Assembly (NCBI GenBank): GCA_036339735.1
Contig: JAYZAL010000001.1
Span: 32,001 to 96,000, forward strand
Source of the DNA: Candidatus Poribacteria bacterium
GTDB lineage: Bacteria; Poribacteria; WGA-4E; UBA9662
Reading direction: 5' to 3'
Length of the DNA: 64,000 nucleotides
Part shown: positions 30,263 through 42,461 of the stretch, piece after piece
Position numbering within the stretch: position 1 is the stretch's first letter
Layout of the letters: each line of letters opens with the position of its first letter
Program-made: the position numbers and the translations under genes
Notes under the pieces: generated by a model
Seen by the model: only the letters and a program-made list of their open reading frames with translations
What the model was told of the DNA's origin: nothing
The model's database searches: none

Positions 30263-31951
30263 ATGACGATTAAGAAACAGTTAAACGTCTTTAGCTCACG
30301 TATTACTCAAACTCGATCACAAGGGGCTAGTCAAGCCATGTTGTATGCTACTGGATTGACGCGTCAAGACATGAATAAGCCTCAAATTGGTATTGCCAGT
30401 AACTGGTATGAGGGAAACTCGTGTAACATGCACCTCAACGATTTAGCAATGAAGGTAAAAGAAGGGGTAGAGAATGCGGGGTTAGTCAGCATGAGGTTTA
30501 ATACCATTGGTGTTAGCGACGGTATTTCTATGGGAACTGAGGGTATGAGTTATTCACTTCAGTCTAGAGACTTGATCGCTGATTCGATTGAGACGGTTAT
30601 GGCTGCACAATGGTATGATGCTAATATCTCAATCCCTGGTTGCGATAAGAACATGCCTGGTTGTATGATGGCGATAGGTCGTCTCAATCGCCCAGCCCTG
30701 ATTATCTATGGTGGAACCATTAAACCTGGTTGTAGCATCAATAATGAATCACTCGATATTGTTTCGGCTTTCCAAAGTTATGGCCAATATATTGCCGGTA
30801 CAATTGATGATGATGAACGACAATCAATCGTCGAAAAATCATGTCCCGGGGCTGGCGCATGTGGGGGAATGTATACAGCTAACACAATGGCTTCAGCCAT
30901 TGAAGCTATGGGAATGAGTCTACCTTACAGTTCCTCGATCCCAGCGGAAGATCCGAAAAAGCGCGAGGAATGTATTAAAGCTGGAGCAGCAATTTATCAC
31001 TTGCTAGAACAGGGTATTAAGCCTCGTGATATCATGACTCGACAAGCTTTTGAAAATGCTATGGTTTTAATCATGGCTCTTGGTGGGTCAACTAATGCTG
31101 TTTTACACCTGATTGCAGTTGCTCGATCAGTGGACGTTAATCTTACCATTGATGATTTTCAATCTGTTAGTGACCGAATTCCATTTATCGCAGACCTGAA
31201 GCCTAGCGGAAATTATGTCATGGAAGACTTACATCAAGTAGGTGGTACACCTGCCGTATTGAAATATCTGTGGGAAAATAACTTGATAGATGGTAGTTGC
31301 CTAACCGTGACAGGAAAAACTGTAGCCGAAAATTTAGATGGGTTACCAGGCCTAGAGTCGGGTCAGAAGGTAATATTACCATTGAATAGACCAATCAAAG
31401 AAAGTGGTCATATACAAATCTTGAGAGGTAATTTAGCACCAGAAGGTGCAGTAGCCAAAATTACTGGAAAAGAAGGTTTAGTATTTAAAGGTACAGCCAA
31501 AGTTTACGATTCAGAGGAAGAGATGCTATCGGCTTTAGAAAGAAATGAAATTACCAAAGGTTCAGTGGTCGTAATCCGTTACGAGGGACCAAAAGGTGGG
31601 CCTGGCATGCCAGAGATGTTAACACCAACCTCTGCAATTATGGGAGCAGGTTTAGGTCAAGATGTGGCTTTGATGACTGATGGTCGTTTCTCTGGTGGCT
31701 CACATGGATTTATCATTGGTCATGTAACACCAGAAGCACAAAGTGGTGGCCCAATTGCTCTAGTCGAAGAAGAAGATCAAATTACCATTGATGCAAAAAT
31801 GAGAGAAATCACCTTGCATATTAGCAATGAGGAGATGGAATATCGTCGACAAAAATGGATACAGCCAAATTATAAAGCGGAAAGAGGGACTCTCTATAAA
31901 TACATAAAAAGCGTTAAATCAGCTTCCGAAGGCTGCGTAACAGATGAGTAA
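30263..31951 (+). CDS. ilvD: Dihydroxy-acid dehydratase
   Basis: [65 protein letters not shown] 30263 follows an AAGGA SD. Confidence 0.97.
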   Translation: MTIKKQLNVFSSRITQTRSQGASQAMLYATGLTRQDMNKPQIGIASNWYEGNSCNMHLNDLAMKVKEGVENAGLVSMRFNTIGVSDGISMGTEGMSYSLQSRDLIADSIETVMAAQWYDANISIPGCDKNMPGCMMAIGRLNRPALIIYGGTIKPGCSINNESLDIVSAFQSYGQYIAGTIDDDERQSIVEKSCPGAGACGGMYTANTMASAIEAMGMSLPYSSSIPAEDPKKREECIKAGAAIYHLLEQGIKPRDIMTRQAFENAMVLIMALGGSTNAVLHLIAVARSVDVNLTIDDFQSVSDRIPFIADLKPSGNYVMEDLHQVGGTPAVLKYLWENNLIDGSCLTVTGKTVAENLDGLPGLESGQKVILPLNRPIKESGHIQILRGNLAPEGAVAKITGKEGLVFKGTAKVYDSEEEMLSALERNEITKGSVVVIRYEGPKGGPGMPEMLTPTSAIMGAGLGQDVALMTDGRFSGGSHGFIIGHVTPEAQSGGPIALVEEEDQITIDAKMREITLHISNEEMEYRRQKWIQPNYKAERGTLYKYIKSVKSASEGCVTDE

Positions 31952-32094
31952 GGTGTGTGTCTTTCTTACTGACGTTATTTTGTTAACTTCAGAATAATGT
32001 AATTGTTATTTTGTTGCGAAGTCTGTTGTAAATAACAGAAAAACCTACTGGCCAACAAATCTGAAATGTGTCTAACAGTGTCACTGTGTGAGTT

Positions 32095-33318
32095 ATGGAA
32101 TTACTAAGTTCGTCGGATAAAAAATTCTGGGATGAAAATGGGTACGTCGTTATCCCTAATGTTGTCGCTCTAAGCAATTTAATAGCTGTTCTAGATGCCA
32201 TCGCTGAATTCACGGGGAAAGATTTAGCTGACGAAGAAAGTTGGTACCAAGAGCCTATGGTTCATGGGGGAATGGTAAATATGAATCATAATCAAGCTCT
32301 ATGGGATAATCGACAAAGCCCAAAAATCCATCAAGCATTCTCCGAAATTTGGGGGGACGAAAAACTTTGGGTAACCTACGACCGAGCCAATATGAACCCA
32401 CCTGTATGCAAACATTGGAACCACCAAGGGATGATACATTGGGACCTTGATATGTCGATACGCCCGATGGAACTTTGTGTGCAAGGTGTACTTTATTTAG
32501 CTGATACAGACGAAAATCAAGGTGGATTTCAGTGTGTGCCAAAATCCCATCACCGACTGATGGATTGGCTGAATAATAACAAAGACCAACGACCAACTGT
32601 CGAAAGTGTGGCAGGTAAGATGGAACCAGTTTCCATTCCTGGGAAAGCTGGGGATTTATTAATTTGGCATAGTGGTTTATTACATGGTAATGGACATAAC
32701 ACCTCCGATAGACCCCGCTATGCTCAATATATTGGTATGCAACCAGAATGGACTATACGTACGGCAGCTGGAGTAATTGAAGCCAACGAACAGATAAGAC
32801 AAAGCCGTATTCGAGCTTGGCAAAATGCTCCATGTCAGCGAGCTGTAGCTGATGCGATTGGCGTTCCTGAAGGTATTATTGAACAATGGCTTCGACAAAC
32901 CCATGAAAAAATGGACGCTCAAGTTATAGTCGATACTGTTATAAAACCACCGGAAAATGGGCTTGCTAAGGTAGTTATACAAGGCAGGCAGCAAGATTTA
33001 TCCGTCGTCGAACAAATCGACAAAAACATCTTCCGATTGGATCGGAGTCAGGCACAAAAAATCAAGGTTCCTTATCAAAATTATTTCAACGAAAAAGCCG
33101 CAGAAAACATACGGCAGGTACCTCCCCCTCATTTTACTCCTCAATTAGAAGAAAAAGATCTGGATAAGTTACCTCATCTCTTAGTTGAGAACCAGATTTA
33201 CGGGGTTGAAGAAATCACCGATCTAATATCCAGTGAATTTGGTCTTGACAATCGTATGTCTCCGGCTAAGCTAACTCAGTTAGGACGACGCCTAGTTGGC
33301 ATAGATGCTTGGTCGTGA
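32095..33318 (+). CDS. Phytanoyl-CoA dioxygenase (PhyH) family Fe(II)/2-oxoglutarate enzyme with a large C-terminal insertion
   Basis: FWDENGYVVI, H-x-D (IHWD), QGVLYL.DT...GGF..VP.SH, GDLLIWHSGLLHG, RYAQYI, terminal LTQLGRRLVGIDAW. Confidence 0.85.
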   Translation: MELLSSSDKKFWDENGYVVIPNVVALSNLIAVLDAIAEFTGKDLADEESWYQEPMVHGGMVNMNHNQALWDNRQSPKIHQAFSEIWGDEKLWVTYDRANMNPPVCKHWNHQGMIHWDLDMSIRPMELCVQGVLYLADTDENQGGFQCVPKSHHRLMDWLNNNKDQRPTVESVAGKMEPVSIPGKAGDLLIWHSGLLHGNGHNTSDRPRYAQYIGMQPEWTIRTAAGVIEANEQIRQSRIRAWQNAPCQRAVADAIGVPEGIIEQWLRQTHEKMDAQVIVDTVIKPPENGLAKVVIQGRQQDLSVVEQIDKNIFRLDRSQAQKIKVPYQNYFNEKAAENIRQVPPPHFTPQLEEKDLDKLPHLLVENQIYGVEEITDLISSEFGLDNRMSPAKLTQLGRRLVGIDAWS

Positions 33319-33590
33319 TTTGATGCTTTTTAAGTAGATGCAGAAAATTGCATAGTCTATATCTTTTAATTAAGAATACTTTTCGATAAAGATTTACCAT
33401 GTCAACGATGATACCATGTATCAATCACTTCTTAGGTTAGACCTATAACTGTACGTAACGGGGTAAGGAAACGTAGGTCAGTTACATCTGTCAGTAGATT
33501 CCAAAACATGTTTTCTGTTCAGCTGAGTTCAACAGTATCGACTGACCAAATATTAGTTGAATAAGAAACCGAGCTCCAGTTGCCTGAGTC

Positions 33591-34826
33591 CTAGGTAAAT
33601 AATGGTAGTGGTTGTCCTCCCCAGCCAGGGAATAATATTTCATTGTCAGTTACGGACAAATGTTGTCCTGCGACTTCGGAAAATACAGAACGAAAATCAG
33701 TAGATACGGGCACATCGCGTTGATCTTCTAACATGTCAACCGATAATTCTGGCACTGATCCGTGAACTTTTCCACCATCTACTCGACTCCCGAGGACAAA
33801 GAGGCAAGAGCCTCTTCCATGATCAGTTCCACCAGATCCATTCTCATGTACTGTACGGCCAAACTCTGTCATTGTCATAATGACTACATTCTGATGGTGA
33901 TCGGCGAGGTCATCCCACAAGGTCGCAATTGCATCCGATAATACTTTAGCTTGCCGGGCAAATGGTCCTTCCATTGTTCCCTGTCGGCGATGCGTGTCCC
34001 AACCACCTACCTCGGTAAATGCAATTTCTAATCCAACGTTGGCCTTGATCAATTGTGCGATTTGACTTAGGTTTTGGCCCAGCTTAGATTTTGGGTAAGT
34101 AATACCTTTTCTAGGTCGGTATGAGGTTTTTTGGATAGATGAAATCATTTTGGTTGCTGAAATACTTTTATCACCAGCTTCTCTTAATTGTTCCAATTTG
34201 GTTTGAGCATATAATGCTTGGTAAATAGGTTTAATCAAGGGTTGGTCAGTTGGCAAAGCAAAACGCCTCAGGTCAGGGATGACTAAAGTTGGTTGTTGTC
34301 CTCGCATGGAAAATGGCTGACTTTTTGTGATTGATACTCCCTGTAGTGGACTACTTTTTTCTTGATCTAGTAAACTTGCGGCCCTATTCAACCAACCAGA
34401 ATTTGTGGATTTGAGACCTGGGGTTCCACTCTCCATATAATTTTGGGCTTCGAAGTGCGAACGTGTTGAGTAAGGCAAACCAGTTCCGTGAACAATAGCC
34501 AACTTCCCCTGCTGGAATAGTGGGTACAATGAGCTAAAAGCTGGATGTAGGCCAAATGTTTCATCTAGATTAATTAAGGAACCTCGTGTTTTTCCCACAG
34601 ACATGATGAGAGACGGTCTGGCTTTTGGCAAATGCTTATCTCTGAAAGGAGAAACAGCCATCAGTCCGTCCATAGCCCCACGTTGAAAAATAACAACCAA
34701 TGTTTTGGGAGGTCTATCTCGATTAGCAGCCATAGCAGTACGATTTAAGAAAAGTGGAATGCCACTTGTGGCAATTGAGTATAGGCTGACGCCCATCGAT
34801 TTTAGAAAAGCTTTTCTATTCAACAT
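33591..34826 (-). CDS. DUF1501 family protein with Tat-like signal
   Basis: NRKAFLK leader, FQRGAMDGL, RSHFEAQ, GGWDTH, TEFGRTVHENGSGGTDHG, TDFRSVF. Confidence 0.9.
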   Translation of the reverse strand: MLNRKAFLKSMGVSLYSIATSGIPLFLNRTAMAANRDRPPKTLVVIFQRGAMDGLMAVSPFRDKHLPKARPSLIMSVGKTRGSLINLDETFGLHPAFSSLYPLFQQGKLAIVHGTGLPYSTRSHFEAQNYMESGTPGLKSTNSGWLNRAASLLDQEKSSPLQGVSITKSQPFSMRGQQPTLVIPDLRRFALPTDQPLIKPIYQALYAQTKLEQLREAGDKSISATKMISSIQKTSYRPRKGITYPKSKLGQNLSQIAQLIKANVGLEIAFTEVGGWDTHRRQGTMEGPFARQAKVLSDAIATLWDDLADHHQNVVIMTMTEFGRTVHENGSGGTDHGRGSCLFVLGSRVDGGKVHGSVPELSVDMLEDQRDVPVSTDFRSVFSEVAGQHLSVTDNEILFPGWGGQPLPLFT

Positions 34827-34839
34827 ATTGTTAATACCT

Positions 34840-36627
34840 TTAATAAACCTGAAATTGTGGTGAACCAATAATCAAACCAGCAATCTGCATAATCTGCCAT
34901 TCGTCAGTTTTTCTTCTCCAACGATTCCGGTGTTGTTTATTTCGTTTTCTATTCGATTTTTTTTTGTTTAAGTCCGGTTTTTTAGCTAATATCAGCATAA
35001 TTTCTTTGCTCATTAGATGTACTTCTTGAGTAGGTAGAAGTCTCGAGCAAAGTGTTTCTATTTGTGTGCTTGATGACTGTTGTAACAAGTCATCTCCAAG
35101 CTTGATCGTTAAGCCTCTAATTTGACCCGTCAAAAGATCAAGGCCAAAGTTAGTCCTGTGCAGAACTGAGGAAGCATTAATCCAATTATTACCAGTATCT
35201 AGGTAACCAGTTGGTGGTTGGCAAGCATATAGATCCTGCCCCATTCCTGCGATGCGATTAGCCAGTTGTATTGTTGAAATAATTTCGGCATTCATCGCAC
35301 GCAATGTGCCGATAACCATACGAAAAGGAGATTTGGTACGTTTATATTTTTTTGCTTCAGCCCAAAATTCTGTCGAGTAAGCTATAGCTATCATCATTTG
35401 AGTTAAATCCCCATTGCTCGCTAGAAATACTTGGGCTAACGATTCGATATAGGCTTCAGTCGGTTTTTCCGTTACGAAACGAATTGCTAGTTTATTTGAA
35501 ATATGCCGGGCCGTTGAGGAATGCTGAGCTACAATATCTAAAATTTCCTCTCCATCTTCAATCCCTCTATTTGGGGGTAAATAGTTGCCTAAAAACATCT
35601 TTGCTTTAATGTCATGATTTCTAGACACAAAAGTAAAATAGGTATCGCTTGTCTGTTTTTTTGATCTGTTTGTTCTCGCATACTTAGTATTTACCTTCCA
35701 ACCAGTCAAAGATCGAGCCACAGTCAATATGTCATCTTGCGTGTAATAATTACCGTCTAGTCCCAATGTATGAAGTTCTAGCAATTCACGGGCATAGTTC
35801 TCATTAATTCCCCATTTTTTTTTTCGATTAGCTTTTTTGGGTGTCAACAGACCTTTATCATCTGACGGCATCATCGATTTTTTCCCAATTAGTCTTCGTT
35901 TTCCTACGAATTGATTTTCTAATTTTGCGTTTGACTGATGATTATCCAGATAATAAAGCATCGCGGGATGTTTAGATGTTGCCGACAAAATAGTTCGAAA
36001 ATTTCTCAAAACGTTTGGTCTTATGACTTCTTCCTCATAGGAAGGCAACCAGACTCTAGCCTGACGATGAGTGGACGATACATTAAAATGATTAAACCAA
36101 AAATCGACAAGAACTTCAACTAGCTGTTGATCCGAATAAACGGCCCGTAAAATTTTCCGAGCTTTAAGTTCTTTAATTAACTGTTTCTGAGTTCGGAAGC
36201 CTTTATTTCGTGAGAATTTTTGGAGTTGACTTTTGATTTCTTTCCAATTTGTTTTGGAATCTTCTTTAGGTATTAGCCCTTCTTGTCTAGCTAAAGCTCT
36301 GAGTTGACTACTGCTCGGATGCCGATTTAATATATCCCGAGTAGTCATATTAGTGATTGCCAAATGTGATAATTTGTTTTGTAATGTAACTGAGGATTTC
36401 TGAGGTTCCATTTGTTGATAAAACCATTGTTCCAACCCTAAGGCCATTACTTGTTCAATTTGATTCGGTTTAGGACCAAATGTGAATCGGTTGAGAAGAT
36501 GAACAGAGGCCTCTCTTTTGGTTAACCCCTCTTCAGCATATGGAAACGGATTTGTTTTTGCATTTGACAAAGTTAGTGAAGTGAATACAGAAAGTAATAA
36601 CAAAACTCGGCTAATATATTTAGACAT
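34840..36627 (-). CDS. DUF1800 family secreted protein
   Basis: Sec signal, HLLNRFTFGP, FWFNHFNV, HPAMLYYLDN, NENYARELLELHTLG, PPTGY, SPQFQ. Confidence 0.9.
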   Translation of the reverse strand: MSKYISRVLLLLSVFTSLTLSNAKTNPFPYAEEGLTKREASVHLLNRFTFGPKPNQIEQVMALGLEQWFYQQMEPQKSSVTLQNKLSHLAITNMTTRDILNRHPSSSQLRALARQEGLIPKEDSKTNWKEIKSQLQKFSRNKGFRTQKQLIKELKARKILRAVYSDQQLVEVLVDFWFNHFNVSSTHRQARVWLPSYEEEVIRPNVLRNFRTILSATSKHPAMLYYLDNHQSNAKLENQFVGKRRLIGKKSMMPSDDKGLLTPKKANRKKKWGINENYARELLELHTLGLDGNYYTQDDILTVARSLTGWKVNTKYARTNRSKKQTSDTYFTFVSRNHDIKAKMFLGNYLPPNRGIEDGEEILDIVAQHSSTARHISNKLAIRFVTEKPTEAYIESLAQVFLASNGDLTQMMIAIAYSTEFWAEAKKYKRTKSPFRMVIGTLRAMNAEIISTIQLANRIAGMGQDLYACQPPTGYLDTGNNWINASSVLHRTNFGLDLLTGQIRGLTIKLGDDLLQQSSSTQIETLCSRLLPTQEVHLMSKEIMLILAKKPDLNKKKSNRKRNKQHRNRWRRKTDEWQIMQIAGLIIGSPQFQVY

Positions 36628-36746
36628 AAAAGAAAACCATAGATGAATTTAGTTGTGCATCAATCCTTTTCTACTGAGTATTAGGTTGTAGTATAGACGA
36701 TAAAGCGACTATTTATTTTATAGATAGATAACTTTCTTGCATTTAT

Positions 36747-36991
36747 TTAGTCGACTGTTTGTTTGATTTCCTCAGGTTCCGCTTCGGCTTCTTTCATTTG
36801 ATTGACTTTACTTTTGATAGCTTTCCACCATTCGGCTGTCAGTTGGGAGAATTGTCACTTTTTGATGACACTTGGTTTTGGTTTCCTTATCGTGAGGGTA
36901 CCCATCTCGATCTCTAGCTACAGCTAGGGGGGAAATAAATAGTTATAATCACGGTCAATAAAGCGAGGGGAAAATTGAATTTACGCAACAT
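36747..36991 (-). pseudogene. Probable frameshifted remnant of a small secreted helical protein upstream of DUF1800
   Basis: Three consecutive frame segments: MLRKFNFPLALLTVII / LFISPLAVARDRDGYPHDKETK / QFSQLTAEWWKAIKSKVNQMKEAEAEPEEIKQTVD*. Together they read as a signal peptide plus amphipathic helices. Confidence 0.45.
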
Positions 36992-37041
36992 AGTTGAGTT
37001 CGCCGATTGTGGCTTTTTATCTTTACTTGGCCTGTGTTAGA

Positions 37042-37069
37042 TAAGACACTGAGTTAACTCGAAAGGTTC
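37042..37069 (-). promoter_or_regulatory. ECF sigma factor-type promoter
   Basis: Minus strand GAACCT-16 bp-GTCTTA, about 50 bp upstream of ATG 36991. Confidence 0.55.
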
Positions 37070-37108
37070 GGAAAATAATAAAAAAGAGAAAAAATACGGA
37101 GGACAAAG

Positions 37109-37912
37109 ATGATTAATAACATACCGCGGTCCATTCTAGGGCGAACCGAAATTGAAGTTACTCGATTAGGAATTGGTGGAGCCTATTGCCAAACAGTAGA
37201 AGGCTATCAAAAAGCCCTAGATTTTGGTGTTAACTATTTGGATACTGCTCGTAACTATCGAGATGGTGAAGATGAAAAGCTAATAGGGAAAGCGTTGCAA
37301 AATCGTAGAGATCAAGTTATTTTGGCTTCTAAAACTGATAAGAGAACTGCTAACGAAGCTCGACTAGATTTGGAGGCTTCTCTAAGATTTTTGAAAACTG
37401 ACTATATTGATATTTATCAACTACACCACCTTAATACTTCAATAGAGCGAGAACAGGCCTTTGCAAATAATGGCGTATACGGTGAAGTTTTGAAAGCCAA
37501 ACAGCGTGGCTTGATTCGTTTTATCGGAGTTACAGGACATGATTGGAAACAGGTCGGTTTAGCTGTAGCCACTGGTAATTTTGATACCGTTTTATGCTGG
37601 TATAACTGTGCAATGAAACAAGCAGAGACAGAAATCTTTCCCCATGCAGATGAACATAACGTCGGTATTGTAATTATGAATGCGAGTCGCAACGATAAAT
37701 TATTGAGTTCATCAAACGTCCCAGCACCAGTTCAATTCTACCGCTATGTCTTGAGTCAACCATCAGTTCACTTGACAATTATGGGGTTAAGAGATATTAA
37801 ACGATTTGAGAAAATTTGTAGTCAGTTATGTATATCCGATCATCTATCCTCAGATGACCAATTTTCACTTGAAGCCTATGGAAAAAAAATGCTGAAACAG
37901 GGAAAGCTATAA
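37109..37912 (+). CDS. Aldo/keto reductase
   Basis: LGRTEIEVTRLGIG, GVNYLDTARNY, ILASK, SLRFLKTDYIDIYQLH, IRFIGVTGH. GGAGG SD. Confidence 0.9.
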   Translation: MINNIPRSILGRTEIEVTRLGIGGAYCQTVEGYQKALDFGVNYLDTARNYRDGEDEKLIGKALQNRRDQVILASKTDKRTANEARLDLEASLRFLKTDYIDIYQLHHLNTSIEREQAFANNGVYGEVLKAKQRGLIRFIGVTGHDWKQVGLAVATGNFDTVLCWYNCAMKQAETEIFPHADEHNVGIVIMNASRNDKLLSSSNVPAPVQFYRYVLSQPSVHLTIMGLRDIKRFEKICSQLCISDHLSSDDQFSLEAYGKKMLKQGKL

Positions 37913-38158
37913 TAAACACCATATCTGCAAAATGAAAACTGAAGCAATAATGAAAAATACGAACGCGTGACATGTGCTCACAGATAAAAATGTTTTTCCA
38001 CTATTTCTAGAGTTAGTTTTGTATATAACAAGGGATTTTAAAAATAGTTATACAAAGAATCTTCAGACCAAATTCAGTTATAGATACATTTGGCTGATGA
38101 TATTTCACATATCTATCAGATGTGCTATAAATTAGGGCCGGATGACGTAATGCTTGAG

Positions 38159-38263
38159 TCAGTCATAGATGTAGAGAAAACAGAGAGGGAGAAGTCTCTT
38201 CACATAACTTGTGGTAGATTTACCTCAAGTTATATCTACATCAGAACTTTTCCCGTAGACTGA
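38159..38263. ncRNA. Candidate structured non-coding RNA (unassigned, strand uncertain)
   Basis: Nested helices: TCAGTC/GACTGA, GATGTAGA/TCTACATC, ATAACTTG-GGTA/TACC-CAAGTTAT and a short purine/pyrimidine hairpin, in an ORF-free region. Confidence 0.35.
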
Positions 38264-38335
38264 AAATGAAGGACATAAATGGTTAGGAAAACTTCCATTA
38301 TACTTGTTAAGATTTAATTTGGCTAAATTTCTCAC

Positions 38336-38364
38336 TTGAATCGTATAGTAATTTGTGATAGACT
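38336..38364 (+). promoter_or_regulatory. sigma70-type promoter of the HD-pyrR-pyrC-carAB operon
   Basis: TTGAAT-17 bp-TAGACT with extended TGTGA, about 40 bp upstream of the PyrR site. Confidence 0.65.
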
Positions 38365-38402
38365 GGCCGAGGTTGTCAGGTGGGGTCATCCATCGATCGA
38401 AA

Positions 38403-38437
38403 CCCTTTTAAACTAATCCGGTGAGGTTAGGAAAGGG
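38403..38437 (+). promoter_or_regulatory. PyrR binding loop (anti-antiterminator)
   Basis: AATCCGGTGAGGTT (38415-38428) matches ARUCCNGNGAGGYU. Upstream CTTTTAAA motif. Closing stem CCCTTT/AAAGGG. pyrR lies downstream. Confidence 0.9.
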
Positions 38438-38510
38438 AGGCATGCTATAGCTACGATAGAGTTCAATTCTTTTCTGCGTTCGCTTCCCAAAGTTTGTTTT
38501 TTGATAGAAT

Positions 38511-38533
38511 CCTCCTATGGGAGGTTTTTTTTT
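38511..38533 (+). terminator. Attenuator terminator of the pyr leader
   Basis: CCTCC-TATG-GGAGG followed by 9 T. The 5' arm can alternatively pair with GGGAGG (38435-38440), giving an antiterminator. Confidence 0.85.
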
Positions 38534-38583
38534 GCCTGTTCAATCCATTTTTTTAGTCCAAAAGGACGATTGCAAGTACACAA

Positions 38584-41119
<2,536 letters not shown>

Positions 41120-41135
41120 AAGCTGAGGGTGAAAA

Positions 41136-42260
41136 ATGAGGGCTGTACTGGCCTTAGCAGATGGTACTTTTTTTGAGGGTGAACATTTTGGTGCAACTGG
41201 AGAAGCAGTAGGCGAAGTGGTGTTTAATACCAGCATGACTGGTTACCAAGAGATTGTGACAGATCCTTCATATTATGGGCAAATCGTCACAATGACCTAT
41301 CCGTTAATCGGTAATTATGGCGTCAATTCTTCTGACCAAGAATCAAATAGCCCAAAAGCCTCCGGTTTTGTGGTACGGGAATATAGCAGTTATCATAGTA
41401 ACTGGCGTTCGCAAGGTAGTTTTGGGGACTACCTTAAAAAGAACAACATCATTGGTGTTCACGGAATTGACACTAGGGCGTTGACCAAACGATTACGTTT
41501 GCATGGCGTTATTGATGGTATCATCTCAACTCAAGAATTTGATGCTCAAACCCTAGTTGAGAAAGCTAAAACATTCGGAGGTATGACTGGTAAAGATTTT
41601 GTGCAAAAAGTGACCTGCGAGGACATATATGAAGCGGCCTTTGAGCCTAATTCCGATTTCTATCCTACTCACAGTCTGACCTCGTCCCCTACCGAACTTA
41701 AAAAAGTAGTAGCCATCGATTTTGGAATTAAAAACAATATCTTACGCCAATTGATATCTCATGGGTGTGAAGTTACAGTCGTGCCTGCGAATACCTCTAC
41801 GGATGACATTTTAGCTTTACAACCCGATGGTATCTTTTTATCTAATGGCCCAGGAGACCCTGAACCAATAGAATACGCAGTAAAAACTATTCAGCAGTTA
41901 CTAGGACAAAAGCCCATTTTTGGTATTTGCTTAGGACATCAACTACTCTGCAGAGCGGTTGGTGCAAAAACTTTCAAGTTAAAGTTTGGTCATCGTGGAG
42001 GTAACCAGCCAGTTCAAAGATTATCAACCGGCCAAGTGGAAATAACAGCACAAAATCATGGATTTTGTGTCGATATTGACACTTTGCCTCAGAAAGTTGA
42101 GGTTACGCATATTAACCTAAATGACCAAACTTTAGAAGGTATAGATTTTATTGATTGTGACGCATTCTCAGTACAGTATCACCCAGAAGCATCTCCCGGT
42201 CCACACGACGCTAGTTATCTATTTAATCAATTTGTTGACCGGATAGATGATTCTGGGTGA
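41136..42260 (+). CDS. carA: Carbamoyl-phosphate synthase small subunit
   Basis: [41 protein letters not shown]. Confidence 0.98.
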   Translation: MRAVLALADGTFFEGEHFGATGEAVGEVVFNTSMTGYQEIVTDPSYYGQIVTMTYPLIGNYGVNSSDQESNSPKASGFVVREYSSYHSNWRSQGSFGDYLKKNNIIGVHGIDTRALTKRLRLHGVIDGIISTQEFDAQTLVEKAKTFGGMTGKDFVQKVTCEDIYEAAFEPNSDFYPTHSLTSSPTELKKVVAIDFGIKNNILRQLISHGCEVTVVPANTSTDDILALQPDGIFLSNGPGDPEPIEYAVKTIQQLLGQKPIFGICLGHQLLCRAVGAKTFKLKFGHRGGNQPVQRLSTGQVEITAQNHGFCVDIDTLPQKVEVTHINLNDQTLEGIDFIDCDAFSVQYHPEASPGPHDASYLFNQFVDRIDDSG

Positions 42261-42461
42261 AGAAGTGTGAAGTTAATTTTGTATCATCCTTAGAAAAAAA
42301 TTGTGTGTATAAATACTATTCATGAAGAAGTAAAATTTGTAATTTAATTATTTCAAAATGGGGATAGATCGTAAAAAATACTTGGGGGGGCCTCACTCTC
42401 TGTCAATTAAACTTCGAATTTTTCGTATTCTTATATTCGATAAATTGTAATCTAAGAAAAT

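Noticed and set aside
38094..38245. Hammerhead ribozyme (CTGATGA at 38094 on plus; CTGATGT...TGAAG on minus)
   Set aside because: No correctly placed GAAA after a stem II, and no stem I/III with a UH cleavage site.
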